A stretch of DNA of 64,000 nucleotides, from NCBI GenBank assembly GCA_002633005.1, contig NMRA01000976.1:1-64000 (forward strand). The letters run 5' to 3'. Shown piece by piece: positions 51,478-64,000 of this stretch. Below the pieces are notes generated by a model. The model searched no databases, was not told the DNA's origin, and worked only from the letters and a program-made list of their open reading frames with translations. The translations under genes were made by a program, and so were the position numbers. The first letter of the stretch is position 1. The number at the start of each line of letters is the position of its first letter. The stretch is from Phoronis australis (lineage: Eukaryota > Animalia > Phoronida).

Positions 51478-54400
51478 TTTTGAATACTAAGTTTGCATAA
51501 GTTCATGAATCTTTATATGAAATGACATGTACCATGCTGATGGTGCTTTACCTTTTCTGTACCATTACTTGTATGCTACCTTTATAAAAATTCTACAATC
51601 TTTTTCTGTTTTCAGAAAACACATGCACCTTCTGAGTACAATTTTACATCGTGTTTCCCTAACAGCTCATGCTTCCGGGTAAGGTTACTCCCCAGCCATT
51701 GTCACAACGCCTACCTTTTCTGGTACGCAAGTTAATTGTTCCAGCGCAATACCAACAGTTGTGCATAATCTATTGACCTGAGCATACAGGAACCTGAACG
51801 TCAGTTATCTTCTGCTGAGCTACCCTAGCTCACCCACGGTGCATTAGATTCGTACTGATAGAAGGAAACTAAACTTGGGGTAAGCAAGCGTGCCCCAAAC
51901 CGGCTGAATTTCGCTAGGATTTTTCTGCGATATGAGTGAGGGTGAGTTGGGTTTTGGGGGTGGCTTGGACCCGGAGAAGGCCCGGCCGGGATCGCTGGGT
52001 TTCCCTGTACCATGCAATAATCGGGTGGGAAACACTGCAGGTCCTCCAGGTATGTTTGTGCCTGCACTTTTATGTAGGGGAATTTCCCTTGTAGTTAAGG
52101 CATAGCAGTGTCTGGTAGGTGGGTGTGGTATGGTGTCAGTAGAAGTGCCTGTAATGCACAGCAACCACAACTCCGGCTCTATCGTCGCCCAGGGTGTGGC
52201 TGGGATTCGAGCTTTGCGGGAGCGGTACTGCTCATCGTGAGGTATCTAATCTGTACTCATGTCGAACGTCGTGACTGCTCTCTGGAGGGGGGGGAGGGGG
52301 TGAGTATGAATATGGAGACAAATTCGGGAATGGCATCGGTCCAATTCTCATTGGTTCCTACTACCTTTTTAACCCTGCCCATGTGGCACATACTGATCCA
52401 CAACACAACGTTCCTTACAATATCTCTTTTTATCACTCCGGCTAATCTGCTCACCCAGTTTTTCCGGAACCTGTTTTGCAGATTGTTACTGCCCAATTGG
52501 CTGTTTGGTGTACCCACTTGGTACTTTATATGTTATTTACCCATTTGGCAGTTTGTACCCACTTGGTACTTGTTATTGAATTTGTCGTTTTGCTCGACCC
52601 ACTTGGTAGACCATCGACCAATACCCATTTCCTATTATGTACCCATTTAGTACTATGCTAACCTGTGCCACTTAGTATTCGATACTCAATTACCCTTAGG
52701 GTATCGGAAATGTGGGTGTTATCTCTTATAATTAAGGAACCCATCTGATTCCTTCTGTGAAATATTTATTTGTAGGGCTGTGATCCCGAAACTCCCAATA
52801 CAACTTAAAAATATATATTATTCTTGTTGTTTTATTTGTCCCCAATAATGACAGTTACACCAAGCTACAACTCTAATGTCTCTGTTCACAATTAGCCCAG
52901 TGTTTACATTGTCCAGTCGGTATAAAACACAAGAGCCTGCGAACTTTAGAGACCACATGAAACTTAGTTATGTCTTTCTATTAAGAACACTCTTAAGATA
53001 TAATACTGAAAATGATTTTAATTACCAGGTTTCAGGTTGTCCTCTGACGTTATATATCCTAAGTTAATTAGTAGTCACAGAGATTGTTGTCATCGAATGC
53101 TTTGGAACAGTCCATGGTTAGGACTTTTGTCTGAGCACTGTACAATATTAGTTGCTAATAATGACATAATTGAATTGTAGCAGTTGCGTTTCACAATACC
53201 TATTAGACCAGAACCTGTGCTTAAGGTTAATATCAGATAAACGATATTTGCAAATGTCTGTTTCAGCTGCGTAGTAAGTGTATGATTTATCTCTTGGAAG
53301 AAGACCATCAGGTACACGTATGTGAATGTTCAAGTTTTTGTATTTCAGAGCGGGACCAGGTGAGTGAGATGTAGCCAGGTGAGAACGCCGTGCTGATCAC
53401 CTCGGCTTTCAACTAATCCTGTAGGCATCGCCTTCGCCTTCTAGAATCCAGGGCCCGGTCTCCAATCTCCGTGCTAGGACTCGAATCATGCTCAAACCCA
53501 CACTTCATACTCAACTCGAGTACATACTGTACACAGCTTTGGTGTACTCAATGTCATACTCGAAATATCTGTACCCGAAATTTCGCGCATGTACTCAATT
53601 TTCGAGTATACTCGAACTGAAGTGTATCTCATCTATATTTCGAATACGATTTTGAGTAAAATTCCTAGTATATGCTCCAAATTTCAAGTTCGGACTGGCA
53701 TTGTGCTTGAAATCGTACTCTAAAGTAATACATGTACGAGCGAGAGAACAAAATATCGAAAGGCCATCGAGAGACACAGCAAATCAAAAAAATAAGTCCC
53801 CTTACCACATTTCAGCGCGTCAATTTCAGTTGAGAGATAATAGTTGTCATTTTAAATCTTCTTATTCTTCACCTTATTAACCCGCCGTATCTCTGCATGT
53901 CAACGCCGCAAATTTATAAACTCCTGAACTGAGGCCGAGCGTGTGTGAGAGAAGAAGTTATTTTAAATTTCTCGGGCGGCTGAGGGACGCGCAGTACATG
54001 TACTTATATCAGATTAAGGGCGGGGGTGGATAGGAACGGTTCGAAATAATGTGCGGGAGCGGTGATGATCTCTTTGTGAGCACATAATTACACGGTGTGG
54101 GGATACTACAAAACGCCAACAAGTGCCTGATGCTTGATCGGGGGTGACTTCAGATCCGTGAGAGAGGAATACCGTGCGTGAGAGAAAAATATTTGTCCGT
54201 TGGCAATCCCGAGCGATGCACAGGAAAGGAATTGAGTCTATGATATAAAATGTTTGAACATAAACCACTGACATTTCTGAATTCCCCATCAAAACCTGGT
54301 TAAATGCTTAAAGTTTTTGAATCACCAAAATCGCCAAACTATACAATCGAAGTCAAGACTATCACACGCGGCTCACATCCGCTGTACGTCTGGTAAAGTC

Positions 54401-54749
54401 ACGGAACGGGAAAACACCCTAATGAACTTTAAAAACCTGTCGTTTATCTATATGACCCCAATGAGGTCATTTTTCACAATAGTTCACTTTAAATTTAGAC
54501 TCCCAATTAAATGCGACCTTTGTCGTATTTTAATTTTACGTAGTTACCCTGGGTCATTTTCAATACTGAAAACTAAGGCTTATTGGGACACAACAAAAGT
54601 ACGTCCCAAGTGAGCAGCACGTCTCCTGGTTATAATGTATTTGCATGGAGCAATACGAAATAAACAAAAAATTAGCGCGATCTTACTGGTTTCTCTTGAA
54701 AAAACGAAAAAATAAAATGCTCACAGTGGATATCAAGCGTGCAGCTGCT
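51478..54749. repeat. Copy B of the duplication, with a ~560-bp extra segment (~52655-53215)
   Basis: Starts immediately after the single N at 51477. Confidence 0.92.
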
Positions 54750-55957
54750 AAGTCAGTTCGAGAATCTGCCACTGGTTGTGATATTCTATTAGTTTGATAT
54801 TTTTCCTATCGACTGATTGACACTTGAAAAAACGCATTTAAGTGGGACATCACATGTTTTTTTAATGTTTCTGGAAAAACTTACACTCTTCCGCCTCTTT
54901 ATTTGTTAGATATCGCGCTTTGAAAAGAGCAATTTTCCCCGTTTGTTTACACGGCAATTAGCCGTGTCACGTGACTAGTAACACTCTCCAATATGGCGTT
55001 AAGTTGTCAGCTGCGGTAGCGCGTGCGCCCGGTCTATTCATGAGATAGAAATCGCAAAGCCAAGTAAACCACCCACATAAAATCAGAGCCTGTACTCTAG
55101 CCGGGCTACAGCAGCACACATCGCATACTTATGAAGACACCAGGTACGATCCCGGCTGCTGAAAGTGTATTAAGTGATACGAAAATTATGGAAGATGACA
55201 TCATTTAACACTGAAGCACCATTGGGACGAAACTTCTTGTGAACAAATTAAGAGACCACCCCTTATTGTTTATAAGGAATCATTGGCGCGAGAAAAAAAT
55301 TGATTGACTCCAGAAGTTCCGCCAATGAAATATGAACACAACTGACCTTAGCAAAGAGGGCGGTATTTCTTTGGCCTCTTACCTGCCCAATACACTTGTT
55401 GCATCGTTCTGTAAAACAGCTGTCACATGTTATAGGATCTATCCCATTTAAGTAGGTCAGGGAAGGATTGATACACTGTGCCTCGTTCGTTATTGATTGA
55501 GACTGGGCTACGCCAAACGAGCAGCCGTGACAAGCAACTCAGTCTTGAGGTTCAGTAACCCGCTGTAATTCCTTTGAAGCCCGGAAAATGATTCTGACGG
55601 AGGAAAGTCGAAACGAGTTTCGCAACTGCAAGAGGTCTAAGTCGTACTGAAAATTCGAAAAAATGCCATTGGCGTTCTCTGGTTAATGGGGGGGGGGGTT
55701 ATCTAAAAGTCCACATTTGTTTTGATTCCTCTCCGAATGCTTGTTCGAAGCAGCGCTTATTATATCATTTGAGTGCTAGCCCACGGTCTTGTCATATATT
55801 TACAATGAAACATCGTTTTGCGCTGTTGATATAAAAATAAAACGCAATAAATGCGTTTAGAGATATTTATATTTTCTTCGAAATGATTGTGAGATATTTC
55901 CAATACATTTCAGCCAATACAATTTAAGACTGGCAAATGAAGATTACTGAAACAACT

Positions 55958-56108
55958 TCATTCCATATCGTCGACGAGTTCCCTTTTAACCTGGCGTTCC
56001 AAACTGCCTGCGTTCCCTTCACTGTCCAAGGACGACTTTTGGGAGGCGCTTGCACGCCTGACTTCGTGGAACTTGGCCGCCCCTACCTCAAGGTGTGCTT
56101 CGGAGACG
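55958..56108 (-). CDS. Small secreted peptide precursor, copy 2, second coding exon
   Basis: gtgtttacag|C, phase 2. VSEAHLEVGAAKFHEVRRASASQKSSLDSEGNAGSLERQVKRELVDDME*. Confidence 0.85.
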
Positions 56109-56804
56109 CTGTAAACACAGCAACAAATCCAATAGCTTTCTAGAAACAGTGCTGAATAAATATTCCGGCTAACTTTAAACTAAGACATATTATAATCGAA
56201 CCACTTTATGTACTAAAATAGTGCCAAACCCGGTTTTGACAACTTTTCGTAAAGTGTTTTTGTTAACCGTTATTAAACATTTAGTACCTCTCCTGAAAGA
56301 TGGATCAATACAATATTTGTTTAAGATGACCCTGTTGTATTGCAAAATGTGTTATGCATGTAGTATTATTCCAAGTGTATGGTGTTTTCCCTGATTAAAA
56401 TATAATCGCGGACGCAAAATGTTCGTGTATGCCTGTTTGCCGAATTTATAGTTCAGACGCTGTGTCCCGGTGTTTTTGTTGCTAACTGTCAAACATTTGC
56501 TATCGGTTTCGGCAGAACAAAACTCAATCATAAGACTCAAGTGATTTGACAGTCCACTGGTAAATGTGTTGTATGCAGACGTGCTGGATTCTGCTGTTTG
56601 AATGAGAGATGTCAGTCAGCAGGCTGCAGCCTTTATTCAGACCTATTGTCATGAACTATGCAGATTCATGAGTTTATGCCATGTTTTTTGGATGGAAAAC
56701 ATACTGAGTTTGGTTTTAACTATTCGTTTATTTATGTTAATTCTCTTAGTAAGGAATAGCTCAATACATATATTAAGGAGATATTGCAATTTTTCTAGTG
56801 TAAA

Positions 56805-59800
56805 ATGTCTAATATAAATATTGTCTCACTTTACTGCAGAGGTCTGGTAGACAAAATGAAGGTAGAAAAGATTATTCTAGGTGGTTTAGAAAAGACATTT
56901 TCATATCATTTGTTTACAAGATATACATGTCAAACCAGGTTTTGAAAATTCTTTCAGAAACGAATGGGAGTTTGATATAAAAATTGCTCCTTTAGCGCCA
57001 AATACCAGAGGAGTTGCTATGTTGTTTAATAATAATTTTGAGTATGTTGTCCTACTCCCCGTTATTGACCAAGCGGGTAATTATCTAGTTTTAGACCTTA
57101 CCATCAATAACGATATTAAATTTACATGGTTTAACATAAGCGGTCCAAACCTAGACAAACCTAATTTTTTCAAAAACATAATGAAACTGATACTTAGACG
57201 ATTTTGAAAACAATACTTTTCTAATTTGTGGGGATTGGAATATTATAATCGATAGCTCAAAAGACGCTTTTAACTCAACAAATTTTAAAAATCCAAATGC
57301 ACGCAAATATAGTTCAGAGCTTATAAAAACAAAATGGTTCGCATTTAGAAATCATTTCACCAAGATGAAAATATTATCACACGCTGTAAAATTTCCCTTT
57401 GAAAATGGGTAAATTGGATTTTTTCTTATTACGGAATACCCTTTCTCCAGTTTTTCATATTCTTCTATTGTGCCAGCCTATACATCAGATCACGCAACGG
57501 TGTCAGTTGAATTTTGCATTTCTGAAGGAAAAAAAAGAAGGAAAGGTCATTGAAAGTTTAATAATACATTGTTCCGTAATCCAGACTTTGTCAAACCAAT
57601 ATAAGACGAAATTGAAAATATTATAGTTATACATGTATATGCTGTCAGTCCGCACTCAAGAGTGTTTATTTCTCGTTGCCCAAACGAACATCTATAATTA
57701 ATCATAGATGGTCAATTATTTTGGGAAACAATTTTACTTCATTTGAGAGGTCGAATAATACATTTTTCCTTTGCAATTAAACACCAGGGTATTCAGAGAG
57801 AGAAAATTCTTCTGGTAACATCGCGGAAGTTAACGGAAAATTGAAAATGGAACCAAATAATGCTAAGAAATATCTTCCTATGTTAGAAACATTAAACAGT
57901 GAGTTATAAGAATTGAATATTGAAAAATCGAATCTGCCATGGTTTTATCTTTAGCTAGATGGGTTGAGTTTGGAGAAAAATCTTCAAAATATTCTTGTAA
58001 TTTGGAAAATAGAAATTATAAAAAAAGAAATTAAAATAATGAAAATGATGGAACTAGCATTACTAAGCTAAGTGACATTTTAGAAGAACAAAGATTATTC
58101 TATGAAAACCTGTATGATCTTCATGGTACAGACCACGATGTTGAAATGTTTCGATTTATTAAAAATGAGAGTTTGCCAAAACTGTCTCCGGCAGAAAAAT
58201 TCAAAATAGAAGGTGAAATTACGTGTCTTGAACTTCTGATATGTTTGAAGAAAACAAAAAAATAATAAAAGCCCAGGTTTGGTCGAATTTTTGTAGAATT
58301 CATTATTTTTTTGGAAAGACATATGTCATTTTCTTTTACGGAGTATAAATGATGCAAAGGAAAAATAATCTGTCGGTTGAACAGTTACAGTGTGATATTA
58401 CTTGCATTCCAAAAAGTGGCTATCCAAGATGCTATCTGAAAAATTGACCAAAAATATCTATCTTAAACTGTTATGATAATTTCATGTCATCGTGTATAGC
58501 AGAGAGAATTAAAAAGGTGTTAAACGCCTTAATTAATTGTGACCAAGTTTTTATACCGAGTCGCTTTCTGGGTGAAAATACTAGATTAATATATATTATA
58601 ATGTATGGAACACAAAACAAAATTTACCTGAAATGATTGGCGAAATTGATTTGGAAAAAAGCATTTGATACACCCTCTTGGAAATTTATTGGAAGAGTAT
58701 TAAAAGCTTTATATTTTGGACCATAAATTAAAAGGTGGATTTCGCTATTTCAAAATAATTAAAATTCATTACATATTCCAAGTGGCTCTTTGTCAAAATG
58801 TTTTCAGATTACGCGGAGGTTGTCCCCAGGGCGATCCTTATGTTCTTATTTTGTGTGTTTAAATTTTATCTCAAACAATCAGAAACAACGAAAATGTGAA
58901 AGGTATTAAAATAGGGCATGAACTTTTTAAGATTACACAGTGGTCGGTTGGCACAACATCATTTTTGATTTGGTCCGAAAGCTTTTTGAAAAGTGCTTGA
59001 TAACTTTGCAATGGTTTACGAACCGTCCGATTTGAAATTTAATTTTCATAAAAAAAGTTATGTGGATAGGATCAATGAGAGAATCTTTTGTTTTGTAAAG
59101 AAAATAACTTAGACTGGATAACAGAATTTTGAGCCCTAAGAATTCAATTTAATAAAAATCTTCACGATATCTCGTCAATTAATCTTAAACCAACAATTTT
59201 AGGAATTAAAATTTGCTCAAAACTTTGAGTTGTAGGCCCTTGACACAATTAGGGAAAATTATTAAACATTAGCTCTACCAAAAATTACGCATACATGTAT
59301 GTCACTCTTTCTGTCCAATCCAGATGTCAATATAATAAATGAGAGCAACACTTCAATTTTGTTTGGAATAATAAAAAACCTAGATTTACTAAAAAAAAAA
59401 CTTATACGTGATATCAGGAAGAGAATCTCTTCAAGGTAGTATTGAACAAGGAGGCTTAAAAAGGTGGATATTAAATCATATGTATATAGCCTGAAATTGT
59501 CGTTGATTTAATGTCTCCTGAAAACTAACAATTCTTGGCATGTCTTTCCTGTCACATACAAAACTGTAAGAGGGTTTAATTTTGGAAGCAATTTCCACTA
59601 TGTTACTGGTAATAGATTTTGACTTCATTGATGTTTCCTTGGCATGGAAGAAATTTGTGACACGCTTTGTTCCAGTAATAGTTTATATTACATTGAATGA
59701 ACCCCTATGGTTCAATGCAAACATAAAGCTTGACTTTATTCAACAGTCATACAAGAAATGTTTAAGAACGGTTAGAGATACTAAATGATGATGGAACAAT

Positions 59801-60503
59801 TCTGACTGGTATAAAGGGTACGTTTATGGCCATTACTGGCTTGTAAAGTCAGTTCTGCCAATTTTCTTAGATAACCTTTGTTAGTCTGAATATGTAAAAC
59901 AAAAACTCCCGACAATTTCGACTCAACTGTTGCCTGTCGTCCGTGCTCAAACGGGGTGCTCAAACTTTAGGAAGACATTTGTCAGGAGTTTAGTACCCCC
60001 CGAAATAGGCATGTGCCCTGCAGAAGTGGGCTAGAGTTTTTTATGCATTTATTGCAACAAATTAACAATTACAATACTTAGTTACATAAACAAACATAAA
60101 TATTTGACACCGTTATATTTGTACTAAGTTCCATTTTTCGTTGTCATTTTGTGTAGATATGCAATAGAGCTTTGGAAGAAAAATTGTGATGATCTCCTTA
60201 TGATCGCTTTTTAAATGGCCTTGAAGTTCTGTTTGGAAATACCGAATATAACAGTATAAATTATGTAGTTTTAATAACAAAAATGTCATTTATGCAGAAC
60301 AAAATTCCGTTAACAACTGATGTCACCAGTTTTGAAAAACTATCGAAATATATAATTTAGTATGTAAAATCAATGGTACATTAGAAAATCACAACCAAAA
60401 TGGAGCTTAGTACAACTATAAAGGTGGTAAATGTTATGAATGTTTATGTACCAATGTGTTGTAATTGATAGTTTGTTACAAAAGAATAAAAATAATAAAA
60501 TAA
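56805..60503 (+). mobile_element. Degenerate L1/Tx1-type LINE ORF2 (APE endonuclease + RT) inside the intron of peptide gene copy 2
   Basis: Endonuclease motifs MSNINIVSLYCRGL, RGVAMLF, D.AG.YL, N..GPN.D, LICGDWN; RT motifs NKSPG, FFWKDI, EKAFD, QGDP. Many frameshifts and stops; A-rich tail at ~60481-60503. Confidence 0.9.
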
Positions 60504-61871
60504 GATTTTACATCCAATGACGTAAATGTTGTTGAATTAAAATACGAGCAAACTATCGCAGCGCCACTTTGTTGTCAATTTTTGTTGAACACAAACTGAA
60601 ACCAGATTACAATATGAAGGCGCGTGGTTCTCGTTAAAAACAAAACCTGATTGAATAACACAAGTGACTTAGCACCGTGTTTCATGACAGAACAAAACAA
60701 GTGAATAGTAAGTGTTTCGTTGTTGTCAAGTCTGCAAAAAACGTTGGCCGTGTACGGACACCCACCGTGTTTCGGAGTTTGTGTATGAGTTTCGGAGTAG
60801 ATACATGTAAAACAGGTTTTGTTTTCTTTGTTTTTCCCTAACCACAAGTCGGGGAAGAGCATTAGTAAGCCAGGGGTTAAAGAGGCATAAAACGCAAAAG
60901 ATCGTCAAAATATCTTTTAAACAATTCCTGACGAAAGTACCTTTTCGGAACGTCTACTACAAAATTATTTGGTTATTGCATTACGTGGAAAATTCCAGAA
61001 ACATCTCGAAAGTCACGATTTTTGAATTATACAAGAAGGAAAAACTTTGCTGTCTCCACCGAGTTAATCTCCCTCCCACTTAGATAAATGCGCGCATGAC
61101 CTCACAGTCATTCGTCACACATACATGGCTGACAAGATGTATATTAATGGCAGGTTATCGTGTGTGATCGCGCTCCAAATTTGCAGTCGACAGCACAGTA
61201 TCAGGCAAGCCAATGCAGCAAGCAATTTTCCGAAAATTATTCCAAGTGCATTTTAGAATATATTTGAATACTGCAACAGCTTTGTAAAGTAATTTTAAAG
61301 CGTTTGGAATTTGTGTCAGTTGCCTCTTAATCAAATTTTTCTAAGTCAAATTTTCATTTCAGACAAATGTTTTAGGTCTATGTCCTGTCACACCAAATAA
61401 AGAGACCTGCTTTGCCCTGTGGAAGAAAAAATGGACGAAGTCACAAGCCGTGAATGATGGATTTTTCAAATTTGTCAGTAAAAGAAAATGTATTGACATC
61501 AACAGAAATTCAAAACCTTTACTCCCAAACCGTAAAAGTACCTCGCGAGCAGGTTGAGTTCTGTTTCAGTGGCAGAAAATCACTCTAAATAATGCAATTT
61601 AGTCTTTTCTGAGTTCCAAGGCTCTGTAATGATTTTGATCACGAGCTCGTGATAATTGGTGAACTGGGATTTTCAGGCCCGTGAACTGTTAATGGCTTAT
61701 TTTCGAGTAAAGTTTCGGACACGTGAATGCGCCCTCGTCGATACATGAGCCTGAAAGGAACACGTTATCATATTTCCACATTATAACTTGAGATCGCGTA
61801 TCTCTATGAGATTGTAGTTTGTAACTTTTTTGATGGGAAATGAAAATATGAAACATGGATATAATACTCAC

Positions 61872-61936
61872 CTGACGTAGAGCAACACGCATGCAACGAT
61901 GGCCAGGAAAGCGATAACTTTGGTCGACTTGGTCAT
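61872..61936 (-). CDS. Small secreted peptide precursor, copy 2, signal-peptide exon
   Basis: aaacaATG; MTKSTKVIAFLAIVACVLLYV, then AG|gtgagt (phase 2). Upstream acceptor atttctag is conserved with copy 1. Confidence 0.85.
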
Positions 61937-62500
61937 TGTTTCAATCTTTTTGAGGTTTTCTAGAAATAATCAAAACACTATCTTATCAATATGGTTAGAG
62001 AACTGCCTTGTGTGGTAGCAGAGGTAAACCTTCGTTCGTGACTTCTTGCTAAGGTCATATCAACGCTGTTTTGGTGGTTGAAAACGGCCAACTTCAAAAT
62101 ATTATATGATGCAACGACATTGAAGCAATGTATTGCAAAAATGGCCGAATGAGTTCATTTTAACCAGAGCGTAACTATAGAAAACAAGAAATGTTGATTT
62201 GCCCTCTTGACGGGGCGAGTTTTTTGACTCGTCCCAAATTTAATCAAAACAATTGGCCCTTTGCATTAAGCCATACGGAAGTTTCTAGGGTGAACATTGT
62301 CTTATCGAAATTACAACACTCATATCACCGCAACACACTTTGTCATTATCTCCTTTCAAATTACCTCACGTTAAAATTGAGACGAACACTGTCTAAACTA
62401 GCCAAAGACCATTCATTATGCATTGATATCAGAGTGAGGGTTACACAGTGACAAGTAATCTGGTAATATTTCCCCACAATCGTGCTACATTCATGAACAT

Positions 62501-62749
62501 GGGCCCCGTTCCAAGAAAACTGACTTAGCTAAGACGGATCTTAACTTTCAGTCAATTTTAAGATAAGACTTAAATCTGTCTCAAGATCAATTCAAAAAGA
62601 GATCTTATATTCGACTTAAGTTTTTGACTTCAATTTTGTCTTAATTTTGACTATCTTATCAGATGTAGATGTTTCAAAGTTCGGAATTTGAGGCAAATCT
62701 TAGACTTAAGTCAAAAATGAACTTAAGTCAGTTTCTTAGAACGAGCCCC
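62501..62749. mobile_element. Harbinger-like MITE with cttaag sub-repeats
   Basis: gggccccgttccaagaaaactgacttag...cttaagtcagtttcttagaacgagcccc; absent from the homologous intron of copy 1. Confidence 0.7.
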
Positions 62750-64000
62750 AGGGGTCTCTAACTTCGTTTTCGTGTCATTGAAGTTTCTCATGCTGATTGT
62801 TGCTGTGGTGTCTTGTTTTTTCAGACTTCTACTACTGTTTTAACTGTATTCGAACTTCCAAGGCCAACAAATAAAAGTGTACTACTGTGACGGGGGCTGA
62901 ATCTCCGACTGTTGAAAATTAGATAAACTTGAGCAGTTTTAGTGGAAGCGACATTTTCTGAAATGATTCCTAGAATCAAGCATTTCTAAGACGAGGTCAG
63001 TGCAAAAACGCGTTTTCCTGTATCCTGGAGAAAGGAATTAATTCCTATCCGATACCGTACAAATTACAGTCGATAGTATACATGTAAATAAAGCTCTTGT
63101 ATCAAAGACAACTTTGTTCAAATGAATGTTCCAATTTTGCGAGATCGTTTACTTTCATTTGCTTGAATTGAAATTGCTTTAAAGCGCATGGGATTTCTTT
63201 GACGTACCAAATTGCATCCCGGCTGACAATCAAATATCATGAGTAATGTCGGAATGCAAGAACGCTCTGCTCTAGTTTCTTCAGTTTTGTTCCTGGTTTT
63301 AAATATTCAATGTTAGCTTCGTGCAGAAATTGTTATGTTTTTTTGGTTGGGGGGAACACGCTATGTGTCATTGTCAACTATGGCCGTGCTGAAGTTGTGT
63401 AAAGTGTATCGTTAGACGCTTTCGAATGCGAATTACCACGGAGTCTATAACAATTACGACTACTATTTGTTGATCCAATGTCCTGGAAATTATCAGCTAT
63501 GAAACTTGTTTTCACGGCTTTCACTACCAAAACCAACTTGAGCCCATCGTTGGCTAAATGCGCAACGATAACGTTGTCAACAGACTACAAGTTTTCACGG
63601 CTTGAATTAATTATTTGCAGTGCCATTAACTGATAATGGAGTAAAATAATTAACAAGTGTGAGTTTATTTACTCGCTAAATAATGGATTTTTGCCAGTTA
63701 TGTTAATTTGCTCAACATATAATTAATTTTCACAGGAAATAATTTTTAAGATTACATGCAATCGTTTAGTATTAATTTACACTGTTAACAAAATTAAGTT
63801 GTGCAAGTAATTTATGGTCATAACGTTCACCCATTCAGCCTAAGATATATATACTAGCGTCCATCAAAATTTTCATATCGTTCATAAAACCCTGCACCCA
63901 ACGAAGTTCAATTCTCACAGCTTGGTGGCAAGAGTTCGCAGTCTATGACGTGACTCAAATTGTTGTAAAGTTCTTCTCTCCTAGCCAAATTACAAATATG

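Noticed and set aside
60925-60955. cctgacgaaagtaccttttcggaacgtc as a hammerhead ribozyme
   Set aside because: GAAA is replaced by GGAA, stems I and III are not evident, and there is no PLE context.

Overview
AT-rich, intron-containing eukaryotic genomic DNA from a metazoan invertebrate (lophotrochozoan-like; this is inference only), with one assembly gap (13847-14425) and scattered single Ns. Protein genes were assembled by hand from GT-AG splice sites. (1) The last five coding exons of COG3 (+, 736-5625). (2) Two tandem minus-strand paralogues sharing a ZNF692/ZNF653-type N-terminal domain: one (27359-21631, ~604 aa) ends in a ZFP91/ZNF692-type C2H2 array, the other (13225-8519, ~445 aa) has no zinc fingers. 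(3) Two paralogous genes for ~71-72 aa secreted peptide precursors that the ORF track does not show (minus strand; 42213-42152 + 41103-40947, and 61936-61872 + 56108-55958). Each has a signal peptide, then H-L-E-x-G...F-H-E-V, a dibasic RR site, an invariant SSLDSEGNAGS and an acidic tail; copy 1 also has a TATA promoter and a non-coding first exon. The remainder is transposon debris: two Penelope-like GIY-YIG fragments with decayed hammerhead-like motifs, CR1/L2-, RTEX- and L1/Tx1-type LINE relics, a TTAA-flanked Kolobok-like element with a THAP pseudogene, several MITE families and nested ~58-bp palindromic elements. Two ~3 kb near-identical tandem duplications each have an edge on a single N and may be uncollapsed haplotypes. 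The best candidate for something undescribed is the peptide-precursor gene pair.
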